NCBI RefSeq assembly: GCF_001949145.1
Contig: NW_019091358.1
Span: 1,364,961 to 1,428,960, forward strand
Source: Acanthaster planci
Taxonomy: Eukaryota
Direction of reading: 5' to 3'
DNA: 64,000 bases
Made by a program: the position numbers and the translations under genes. Below, one piece after another: positions 1-12,400 of this stretch (the stretch's first letter is position 1; every line of letters begins with the position of its first letter). The notes under the pieces are model-generated. The model did no database searches and was not told where the DNA came from. It was given only the letters and a program-made list of their open reading frames with translations.

Positions 1-2287
1 TGTTTACAGTGGGCTTGGGGGGTCAAGTCATTTTGTAAAAGTGGCATAATACATGTACTTGTACTTCCACCATTACTTGGAGTTTCCTGATTGCATCATG
101 TCGTGATGTTCGGATCGTTTTTTATGACTGTCAAAATCTACTCTTCCCCTTTATCAGCTCCCCCTTCTCATTTTGCTTACCTTGAACTTTCTTAAAATGC
201 AGTACTCCAGGAAAAAATGCACCGTAGTTTACACGCCTTGTCTAGTCTAGCGGCAAGCAGTCCACAAGTAGGTTTTCAGGTGCATAATTTAGTGCAAATG
301 AAAAGAGCAAATGAATTTCTTAATGACCTTAGAACAGAAAAAGTTCCCATCAAACGATAGTGTTCAGAAATGCATTTCTTGCTCAACCGCTGCATAATTT
401 GTACAGTAAAAATTAACAGAGTCAACTGTAGCTCATGAAAGTGGGACTCCTAAAATATGTTGTTGGTAAATATCGTAATGTAAGGGCAGAGGACTTGTAA
501 GGATGTTTGTTGTGTAAATAGAAATACTTTCTTTATTAAAGGTGTATTTTTAGTGATTTAATTATCAATTTTGAAACAATATAATTTGCAGTCTTTCTTA
601 TCCAGCGATCATGGATTTGTAAACTTTAACTGAAAACATCCATTGAGGTGATATTTTCTCTCGATGAGGATATTACAATGTATTGAAACCCCCAGTGTAT
701 AAATAATGTACATGTAAGTACATGTATTTAAATACTTTGACGTCAAAGGAAAGAGTTTCAGCAGAGTGCGTGATGTAGAAATGTCTTGTAAAAAAAGAAT
801 ACCATGTCAAAAACAAAAATTAAAGTGAGCAGTGCATCGACTGCTATGTCCTTCCCTTTCACAGCATGGCTTTGCATAGAATATATTTATGATCATTCTT
901 ATAAAGTGGTCTTTCAGTGCTATGCAACGTCACACTTTCTGACCCCCCATTTTTCTACTCTAGACAGTTTTCGATCCAACGCTGACAGCAGTCTGCACAA
1001 TAATGCCTACACCCTAAGACTATGCTACCTACCAAGAAGTGCATTACAATATTTTCCTGGCTGGAATGTACATGTATGCTAGTTACATTAAGGATCTATC
1101 TCAAAAATATACAAATATTTACAGAAATATTACCAGACAATTATACATGTATTCACTTACATTTATGTACAGATGTACATTATGTCAGGAAAAGTGAACA
1201 TACTTGTCGTATGTGATATGGCTCACAAGATTTTTAAGATTGCAAACAAAGATTCTCATTTTATAAAAAAAGTGAAGTTTGGCAGAATGTGTACTTGAAT
1301 CAGTGAACGCATGCAGAACCTCTTTGTGAATTCAGCAATGCGAAGACTTGAGAATTTTAATTACCCCCAAATACTCACTTCCTTCCAATTCTAACCCAAG
1401 GGTATACAGTCATCTCTGTTGACCACAGTTAGAAGCCATAAACGGTGGCACCACACTTATGTGCTAGAGGTATACATGCATTGAATACCTCTTCCGCTCT
1501 AGGTCAGATGTGATCAGCGACCAGTGGTCCATTTTTCCCGGTAACCAAGGCACAAAAGATATCCTTGGTTCCAGGCAAAATCGACAAGTGGTTGACTATT
1601 AATGGTCGGTGATCGAGTTTGGCGCTGCGTGCGTGCACAGTGTTGAAACATGTCAATAATGCATGCCTACCTGAAGTTCAGCGCTAACCTCACATACCTA
1701 GTGTGGACTTGTGAACAAAAGATGGCCACACGATACTGGAAAGGAAGATGTTCTGTGGACTTACACATGTCCACAGGATGTTTCCCCTTCTCTGAAAAAG
1801 ACGTTTAGAGGCATTTTGGGGTTGGGGTCATCTGTCGTAAAAGGAAGAGGAATAGTCAAGGAAACCTTGTACCAAAAAAAGCTGGAAACCGTGTTCCCAG
1901 TTCAAGAAAATGAGTTTTTCGCTGAGTTTTCTTAACTGTAAGAAAAGAAAGGAATGTCCACACTAGATATTTAAGGTAAATGAACTGGCGTTTGTGGTGC
2001 CAATGCACTAATGTTATATTTTGGGTTTCATTTGTAGAAGCAAGAAGGAAATAAAAAAATTGGGGTCAATACAGGACTAGGGCACACATGGCCATCCTGT
2101 TTCCATCAGTACATACATTTAGTCCACTGATGACTGAGTCTGAGACCTTCCTCTTTGGCATACAGTGGAATACCTTTAAGGTGGTAGGGACTTAACAAAT
2201 CGTCTTGTAATAACAGTGACCTTGCGTTAGCAGTAATAGAAAATAAAATATTAAGACTTGGGATATAAAAATTTCCTTATTATGGGC

Positions 2288-2840
2288 CGGAGTTGCTGAC
2301 TCGAGTTATGTGACTTGGACTCGAGTCGGACTTGAGTCACTATTTTTGTGACTTGACTTGCGAATACCAGCTTTGACTTGTGACTTGACTTGGACGTGCA
2401 GAAAATGACTTGTAACTTGACTTGGACTTGCAAAAACGACTTGTTACCGACCCNNNNNNNNNNNNNNNNNNNNNNNNNNNNNNNNNNNNNNNNNNNNNNN
2501 NNNNNNAAGTCAGACGCTACTTGACGGGCCCCATGTATTTCTATAACTGGTAACTTCGTACGTTGACGCCTGGTTCTTTTTGCTTATTTCAGCTGGAAAA
2601 AATAATGTGCAGCTTGACTTGTATTTGGACAAAGAGACTTGGACTTGACTTGTGTTTAGACGAACTTGACTTGACTTGTCCTGTGATCAAATGACTTGTG
2701 ACTTGACTTGTGGCTGGACCTAATGACTTGTGACTGGACCTAATGACTTGTGACTTGACTTGTGACTGGACCTAATGACTTGTGACTGGACTTAATGACT
2801 TGTGACTTGACCTGCAAAAAATGACTTGCTGCCACCTCTG
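2288..2840. mobile_element. Non-autonomous hAT-like element built of gacttg/gacttgt repeats (contains an N gap)
   Basis: Near-perfect 8-bp flanking duplication ttatgggc/atatgggc, imperfect termini cggagttgctg / ctgccacctctg, and internal tandem gacttgtgact units. Confidence 0.65.
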
Positions 2841-3358
2841 ATATGGGCAGAATATCATGCTGTATTAACAGTGCTCTTATTATCTGGGTTGAGATTGAAA
2901 CAAGATTTTAAATCCTTTGGTGTAGTAAAACTTTTTTCTGCATTGCTTTTTGGCCATGTGTAGAACCTAGCTTTCTGATACGACACCACAGTGGTCACTT
3001 CTCCCCACCAGTCAGTAATTGACAAACTATGGCTGCACATCGGTAGAAAAGAAAAACAAAATTTGAAAACTTGAATGACTAAAAACACTACTAAACTATG
3101 CATAAGTTGAAAACATATCTCCTCATTTAACACAAGTGAGGCATATGCGTATTGAATTTTTGAAAACTTTAGCCACTTATACAAACGGTAGGCACCTTGT
3201 ATTATGATAATAGCCACTGTTATAGGAAAGAGATGCTTGACATCACCTTGGAATTAGTGGAAAAAGTCGTATCAAATATATTTCTCTACACAACATTTTT
3301 TTTACATGAGCACCGCATCACTCCCTCAATGCTGAAGATGACCACGCTGATGTCTGCC

Positions 3359-3463
3359 TCAGCCTAAGCGTCCAATTTCTGCATTGTCCAGTTCTCTGGC
3401 CATTTGGCATAGGGCAAGCGGACAACAGCAACACACTGTTAAGCAGTCGTTGCAGATGGATCC
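3359..3463 (-). CDS. PLAC8/cornifelin last coding exon
   Basis: Acceptor tacattacag, then GSICNDCLTVCCCCPLALCQMARELDNAEIGRLG*. Confidence 0.95.
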   Translation of the reverse strand, partial: GSICNDCLTVCCCCPLALCQMARELDNAEIGRLG

Positions 3464-6400
3464 CTGTAATGTACAGAGAAGATGTAATATTCTGTCATTT
3501 GGAAAAAGGAATGAGGGAAAATGTGCAGTTACTGTTTTTTAGTGTAGTATCCACATCTTGGGGGGGGGCAAAATGCTTTTTTTTCCCCCAAAAAATGACT
3601 GTCCTGTTTTTTTTTTCACCCATAAAAGAATCCTCAATCCCCCAATCTGTACCATTTCTAAAATGATGGCGCTTACAATTTATTAAATAAAAAATAAAAA
3701 TCGGCAACTTGTCTCGGGGGAGGGGGGTAACTTGCCCCCACCCCTTTCCTGGATAAGCTACTGATTTTCAGACTTCAACAGGGGCTAGGACAGTATACAG
3801 AGCATGGACTGTGTCCCAGGGATGACAAACCCCTGCAAATAATTCTTTTCTTCAGCCAAATTCTGATGAAAGGGACCAGGCAGTGATTTCGGTTTTCCTT
3901 TTGCCAGACATCTTGTGCAACTGTAGGCCCTATACTTTTTTTGATTAAAGCAAACCTGCTTGACATCCTTTGGTGATTATTAGGTTTGAAAAGTGGGCTC
4001 AAATATTAAATTTGTTCATTTGTCATCAGATGGTACTGTTTCTGTGATATAGTTTGTAGGTTTTTCTATTCAAATTCTAAACCTGGAAGTTTCCCATAAA
4101 AATACGTCACAGAAAGGGTATGCTGCTCATTAATATTGCCATGCGCTTACCTCTATCTGTCACAAAAGAAAATGAAATTTAATTTGACAAAAGGGGAGAA
4201 AATCCACTTGTCGTTTTGCACAAATTAATGTAACATAGAGGTGTTCTTCCTTGGGATGACAAGCAGTTTTGCTCATGCATATGGAAATCTCATTAGCATT
4301 TTCAAGGGTTGTATGAAAAAGATATTGCAAGATCCCTTTTAAGAGTTCCTGCACAGAGTATACAACAGGCTCTGCTGCTACCAGGTTTCTGACCTCGATG
4401 TTTTGTTGCATCCGGAGCTTGGTTCTCAGTGCGAAGATTCCCCCAGGAACGCAGGTCACGACAAAACAGGATTCCCCCAGTTGTCGAGCCAGCGAACAGG
4501 CTAAGCACGGGCTGCACACAGCACCCAGCAAACCTGGCAAACAGCAGAACAGGAATGGTAAGTCACGATGCGTAGATATTAAAGGAAGATTTAAGTTGGC
4601 GAGTTGGGTTTTGTCTAACCACAGAGCTACATCTGGAAGACTGGGGAGCCAGGAAGAAAGTGTGAAGTCGGATCGGGACATTTGCACTTGTTCTCAGGTA
4701 CTCTACGGACTACACATCATCTGAGTATCAACTACTAACCACATGTACGTGGTAACATCAAATTTGTAAATCATTTCGACACTGGTAAAATAGAACAGAA
4801 CATGGATGAGGAAGTACAGTTTATATGCCGTCGAAAGTGAAAAAGACTGGCAACCTATTGTGCAATGGACGCATTGCTTGGTAAAGGTACACGTGAATGT
4901 ACTCATAATTAGACATCATCTGGCTTACACGTGTGTTCATCCTCCATACACCCAAATAGATCAGTTGACCAATCAGACGCCACCTGCATAATAATAAAAA
5001 AAATCGAAAACCGGTGAAGTATTTCATTTTGAGAGATAGGCGAGGGCGGATCCAGGTGGACCAACGGGGGACTTCCCACCCAACCCCCCCCCAAAAAAAA
5101 CTGAGTCACGCAAAAAAATTTGTAGGCCTAAACAAATGAGAGACAGGCGTTTTTGAGGTCTTCATTTCCCGTCCTTCCAAAAGCGTTTAAATAGCCCCCA
5201 ATGTCGCCTCATCACCCCTCAGAAAGGTCATTAAACATTACAGTAAAGATTTTGAATGTAATTATTTGGCCCTCCCCAGTCCAGCCCCACATTAAATCGG
5301 TTTCTAGATCCGCCCTTGAAAATAGGTTTACTGACGCCTTTGGTACATGTATGAATGGACGGGTGGGAGAGAAGACCGGATACAGCATTTGCAGGCGGTT
5401 CTGTCACTGCCAGAACCAACACTTTTTTTTTTCAGAAAAGAAACTGACATTGCACAGTGTCATGTTCAACCCCTCCCTTACGGAACTTCAGTTGCTAGTT
5501 AGTGTGCTTAGGCTCGTCACTTTTTCTGTCTGCCCCTGTTTGAAGGTATTTCGAAATTGACTCCTTGACGTTAACCGGAAATGGTTTAAGACTTTATCTG
5601 TTGAACCTTGCATATCAGTGGGACCTTGGGTGCATACAGTGGTGCACTGGGATTTTAGGGGGACACAAGGGGGCACCAGCTTATAAAGTTACAGTGGTGT
5701 GTTTTTTTGGGGGAGTAAGTTTTTGTTAGCCTTGTTCAATATCCATTCAATATTGCAAGGTATGATCTTATAGGCCTATCATTTTTTTTAGTGGAAGGGG
5801 AGCACCGGGAATGGGGGGGGCACGTGCCCCCAGGCCTCCTGCGTCTAGGCCCCTGGGTGCATACATATACGTGTAATATTTACAGCATGAAAATTGAAAT
5901 AATACTGATAAATGCAGAATATGATGAAATCGGACTTTCGGAAACCCCAACCCGAATGAGAAATATCGTCAGGTTGCTTGGCGACTGCAAGTTTGTGTAA
6001 TTTTCCGCCTACGTTCTTTGTTCGTTCAGTCTTTTACGTGATGCATCGTTTTGTAAGCCAGTTGGCAAACATGTGGCACCCTTGTTAGTAACAGCAGGCA
6101 TGGTAGATCTGGCAATTTCAAGAAAAAGGCAGAGATGTAAGCACGTCGGCTTGTCACAGAAATGCTTCATTGATCTTAATACTGTTCATGATGTGCATAA
6201 AACGTGTGGTCCCCGCAACTTTGGAAATGAGAGTGTTGCTTGTTTTGGTCGTTTGTTTTATTTCTTTGGATTTTTTGGGAGGGTTTACCAGACTGTTTTA
6301 CTTGGATGTCTTTGTGATGTCTTGAAATCAATCGTAATTTTATTCGAGTTCTATTTGGTATTTGTTACTTTCCTTGTTAGCTAGTGTTATCATTTTAATT

Positions 6401-9400
6401 TCAATTTTAAAAAATTATTCATATTGGCTTAGCTGTTTCTGGCACCGGTCGAAACGGCTCTTGTATTTCGTTCCTTTCTCAGGGCATTGCCGATAAAGTT
6501 TGACAGGCCCGTCGGACATTTCAACCTATCTTTGCTTTGCAACACACACCCACTTGATAAAGTCACCGCCAACTTTAAACATGATCGTCTCTTGGCCTTC
6601 CTGGAGGAGAAAAAAACCAAACCGGAACGCCACGTAATTCACAACCTCCCTGGGTAGGCGCGACGGTCAATCTCATCCTTTCCGCGGGCGAAGATCCAGA
6701 AAACACGAACGCGCTCGCCAACCGAAATTTTGTCAAGTCTGGGGGAGAAACTACAACACGTATGTCTGATTTTCATCCTGATTTATCCTCACAAACCAGT
6801 GGCCAGGGCGTATGCCAAACAAGCTTACTTCCTCCTGAATGAACTCGAAAACTGTGATACATCGTATGAGAGATCTGGCACAGCGCTCGAACCGGCAACC
6901 AGGGAATGATTTGGCCGAAAACCTCGTGAATCAAGACGAAAAGTACGACTGGAAGTACCTCGTCGGACCATGGAGGAAGGAGGGCCAGTATAGTAGTAGG
7001 AGCACGATGCTCCAGCACAACACTAAAGTGACGCGCATGCGTCATTGATCAGTAAGACATAGGCCTATGATTGTGTTACAGAGCCCACTATGAGAGGCTG
7101 CAGAAAAACCATGAAAAAACAAACAGAGACCCACGACGAAGCCCACAAAGCTTTAGAAAAGGCTGCCCAAAGCTTTGGGGAGATAGCGTTGAGTTCATCC
7201 AGTTCGGACATCAAGCTCAGCCTGGATGCGCATTGGAGTCATCCTTCACTGGGTAGCAAAATGGAATGGAAACATCCCGGAAAAACTGGCTTGAATTCAT
7301 CGACAACCCTGAAGAGTGCGTGCGCTAGGCGCTGAAAATGTCACCAGATTCCCCGCATATTCTCAGTCGTTTGGCTATTTTCCGTAACGGAGCTGGTGAT
7401 ATTGAAATTGCTCTCAGTTTATTGAAAGACTCCTTAAATCTAGATAGCACCAAAATTAACTTGCACGCTTATTCAATCAGAGCCACAATCTGCATTGAAC
7501 GCCACAAAAGTGATGGTGATCTAAGGTATCTGATGTATCTTACGTATGTATCTTTTTCAAGCCAAAGAGGACTTGGATTATATCGTGACAAAGCACGAAT
7601 CACCCTGAGATGCTGGCGGAGATATACCTACATCTGGCTGAAAGGAGCGACGACCCTGCTGTGAGGCATGAGTACATCTTTCGGAAAGCTCTGCGTTGCT
7701 GCTTCAGGGCCGAAAACTGTCGGAATGGCCTCCATATTGCCCGTGGACGATGCTTCTGTTTTATCGGCCAGTATCGGAGAGCAAGGGAGTCATTTCAAGC
7801 GAGGGGAAGACAGCAACAGTTTCTCAACTAACTGTGAGCGATACCGAAACCAGTGGCCAGGTTCTTCTCAGAAGGGGGGGGGGTCCTATGGGGTGCGTTC
7901 CAATTTGATTCATAATTAAGTAAACACACTACATGTAGCATGGCGAGAGCTCCCATCCCCAAAGAGTTCGAATTTTCGGGGGGGGGACAAGAACTGGATA
8001 AGAGTTCTCGTGGGAGTTGCCCCTCGGCCACGCCATTTTGATAAACCAAGCAATGTGAGAACCGTAGGGAAGGACGATTACATACTGCGGTGCACTGAAC
8101 GCAGGAAAGTAAGGTTTCTCTTTAGCTTGAAATTACCAAATGCTTGAAAATTAACCATTACACTGTGATTGCTTCTCTTGTCTTTTACAATTTTTTTTAA
8201 AAATTTGTCCTTTTTAAGTCAACATTTGGGTTTGAAAGAGAATTGCTGTGGTCCTTTTGATCAATTTCAGGTTTACTGCATGTATTTAGAAAAGTGACAG
8301 AGCCCATCTAGTGTTAGTTTTTGGTTTTTACGGAATCCTTTTAAATTCTACGGTTGTCATTTCCCACCGACCCAACTTTTGCCTCCCGACCCTGACCTCG
8401 GAAAGAAAAATCTTTTTTCCCCTATCGACCCTGGTGAGAGGACCTTGTCTGTACAACCCCCCCCAAAAAAAGTAGGTTGTGATGACCTCTGAAAAAAACA
8501 GCGCTGAAAATGTACATAATTGTGATAATTATGCGATATGATTTTGCCCAAACATCAAAGCAATTATTAACTGCGCATGTCCCATTTTCAAGGTTATTTG
8601 CATACGTAACGAGGGTTATGAGAATTCGTGTCAGGCAAGCAGCTGCTTCATTTCATGAAATTTATGTCTTATTGTCTCTTTTTGGAAATAAAAAATACCT
8701 GCCGAAAGTAAGATAAGGCCTTTCCTAACGTATTTTGTAAACATAAAATTGAGAAGTACCGAAGTGGTCAAAACTAGTGATTTTTGTGAAAAGCTCTTTT
8801 CGTAAGCGGTACTATGTTTACGTTTTGATGCGATTTTTAAAGGCTCGAAACAAAGAATTCGAAGATTTCCTGAAGTTTTTAAAAGCAGGCTTTGGTGCAG
8901 AAAGGTGTGATAATGTGAGATTTGCTGATGGTTTTCCGATAGATTTTTTTCTTCCCGTCCGGACGCCTTTGCCTATCGACTCAGCACCGAATCTGTTTAA
9001 CCGGCATACGGTAATCTATCTTACGGCCGTGCGAGCGTAAGAATCCAGTGACTCTGGAACGAAAGACGAATACAAAAGTGCAGTAATTTAACATGAAGTT
9101 TATTACTGAAACCGAGGTCTATCTGTCATTATAATACTGAAAGCAAGTGTACAAATTCACGTTTTATATACATGTATCGCCACTTTTACATGTAGTACGA
9201 TATATATGCGGGACACAGGAACATGTACATGTAAACGTGTTTTGGGGGCAATCTTGGACGTTCCTATTGTCCTCTTTTGTTCATACTTCAACTTTTTTGG
9301 AAGGCTTCTAATACGTTTTGTACACGTTTGGCAATCCTGGACGTATCGGCAGTGATGTAGTCGAGTACTTTTTGAGAACCAAGCTCTCTACCAAATATTT

Positions 9401-12400
9401 AACTAGTTAGGAGGGAACAAAGCTGAAGTACATCGGCATTTGATGGTACATGCATAAAGGTAAGATTACAAAGTAACATAATGACTTCAGACCATCACTG
9501 TTTGATTCAAATTAACTTTTTACGACAAAAGTACTCGGAAAGTACTTGGCCGAGTACTTTCCGAGTACTTTTCTCCTCAAAACTTAAATTTTACACAACT
9601 GGGAGTGTCTGAAGTCTAACATTTATTTTGTAATCTTACCTTTGCACATTTACCATCAAATGCCTGTGCACTCTGGCTTTATCCCCTCTTACCCAGTTCA
9701 GTATTTTGCAGAGAACGTTGGTACTCGGAAAGTACTCGACTACAACACTGCGTATCGGGAATCGTGGATGGTCATTAATTCTTTTGTGTAACGTCCACGA
9801 CTGTTTGGGAACATCAGTGCCGCAGTGCACGTCGTCTTGACTCTGACTTCGACAAGGTATTGTGTCATATGCCAATAGGCCTAAACAATATTTCTTTGTA
9901 GTCAGCTAGAAACAAGGACACTCATTGTATTCAATACAAAAACAAGTGACAAGTGCAGGCAGTGCGCTTTGCCTGTTTTTTTTTTCAGTCATCTGGCAGC
10001 AGCATGGACTTTTTTCTAGGAATTTTATTTTTTTCCCCACCAACCGACCCCTCCCTCAATTGAAAAAAAATATGAGAACCATAGAATATAAGAAGGGTAT
10101 TCTTACACATGAGTAGCTCCCTGCATTTCCCTTTTTACATGTATTTAGTATCAGTAGTTCCAACATCTAGTGTAAAACTAGTGTTTCCCTTGGTGGAATG
10201 AACTTAGAGCCTCCACAACAGACCCTCTTTTATACTGTTGGGTTGGAACTGTGCGGATGCGACCAAAAGTTCATCTCAATGAATCTTTTTCTGCTCGTGC
10301 ATTAAGGGCGATAAGTTGGCCGCTTGTTGGCTGGCCAAAATAAGGGGCGGTGCTTACATTCGATTTTTTGTTTACACTCAAGGCATTACTTGAAAAAATG
10401 TATTTTAGGGATAATGTAGAAGATGGGTGATTTCTGTATAACTCGTTACTGGCAAACGTGAACAATATGCTATACTTCGATGAACAAGTCTTTTTTGTCG
10501 CTGGTCACAAACCAAGTTTTATTGTTGAAGTTTCCATTTGTGCCTATGAATTTTGCTTTGAAATTTGTATCATGTAACTTTCAAATTAACATATGTTGGT
10601 TCTTGTAACAAGAACGATTGGCTTTCTCAGCTTTTAACAAATCAAAATAATCAATACTGCTGAACCCAGACTAACTGGTTCAGCTGATTTGCAAATCATG
10701 AACGAACTAGATTAGCTGATCTGCAAATTACGGACGATACGAACGGGTTCAGCTGATTTTCACGTCATGCTGGCCGCGTGAGGTCCTGATTTGTCCACTG
10801 CAAACGTACATGTACACAACAATTTCACACTTCTTGTTTTCTCTCAAATGTATACCGACTTCCGCCCGCCTGTGCCCTACATGCGCCCATAATTTTATAC
10901 ATGGACTTCTTTTTCCATATAACTTGATTTCCATCTGTTGGAATTTTCATGACCGTACCCGACTTGCGCAGAGATAGCGTCTCCTACCAACTTCGCTAGC
11001 CAGAATAGCACCAACTTCAGACTACAGAACTAAAATCATGACTGTTCGCAGAACAGCATGCAGCCATTATGTGCCGATCGTCCCTGTGGATTGACGCATA
11101 ATCCACCAGTTTAGTTCCAACAATTAAGGCACCCATGTCGCAGCTCAAGCAAGTTGGAGCGTCGAACATCGTTCAAACGATGGATGGCTTCGAGTCTCAG
11201 TTCTGACCTACCAGTTTGGAACCAGGCCCTGGGGCATGGCCGCACTACCGGTTATCAATAGCCGATTTTATTTATCAGTACAGAGAGAAAGACTCTTGGA
11301 AGACAATTATTCGAGAGGTCATTGACCATCTAGGCTGCGAGGGTTGCAGCCAAAAGTAAAATGTGAATGACAATGAGATTTTACAAATTGGTCAACAGCG
11401 GACGTTCGAGTTTAATTATTATTGTACGTGTGCAACTGAGTATCGATTGAAGTATAGTTCGAGCTCGAATGTTATACCCTCGCATTATTCCTCATAATAA
11501 TGATAATCAAACATCGGTACTTTTCTAAATATTGTGGTTGGATGGACTTATTTAGGAAAAATATCAGACGACTTGAACTGTGCAAAGTTTCCACAACATG
11601 GATATGAAATTAGTCGCGTTAACTCGGCGGATTCACACTTGTCGCCAAACTGAACACAAACGCCAATTTGGTAGGAGAAAATAAATTATTTGGCTGTGAA
11701 TTCGCAAAAAAAAATAAGATTTCAACTCGGGCGAATTTTACTGCACACGTTTTCGTGTACTCAACTCTGTTGGAGTTTATTTCAAATGTCACAACTAAGC
11801 TCAATGTAATGAAGCTAGAAAAATAAAGATGGCAACAGATGGGGGCGCCATTCAAAATAATTATGTATTGTAGATATGCTGCGCTTTTAAAAAGTTAGAA
11901 AATATTCATACTTTCCTGACAAGTGGGGGCTTTGTTGGTGTGTCATCCAAGAATTATATAGGCCTATAGCTATTCAAAGTTTGTTTTATAAATGTATTTT
12001 TGAGAAAACTTTGTTTACTGGCCTTCTGTTATGAACTCAAAAACACCAATTCAATTCGAAGATTCACCAATTCGAAGTAAAGAAAATTTAGGGCCGCAAA
12101 ATTATCAAAAATCCTGGATTTTGATACTGAAAGGGCTGTAATGTTGAGCCTTCTACCCGGGGTGACATCACACAAATGTAGCACAAAAATGAATGGAACA
12201 CAGCGGCTTAATTTCAAGGAAACCAAATAAATCCCAATCATTACTACTACCACTGTTGTCATTGCCCCTGTCCCCACAAACACTTCTAAAAGTTCTAAGA
12301 TGTGGTAAAATTCATGATATATCGTATCTGCTCACCTTGATATACTGGGGTCTCGACATCTTTGGCTGCGGTTGTCGTGTGATCGGTTCTAGTCTCCTGA

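Noticed and set aside
9640..9875. Apparent minus-strand exon ending in AAG|GTAAGA
   Set aside because: The donor lies in the inverted arm of the 9350-9750 MITE, and the cornifelin frame is complete without it.
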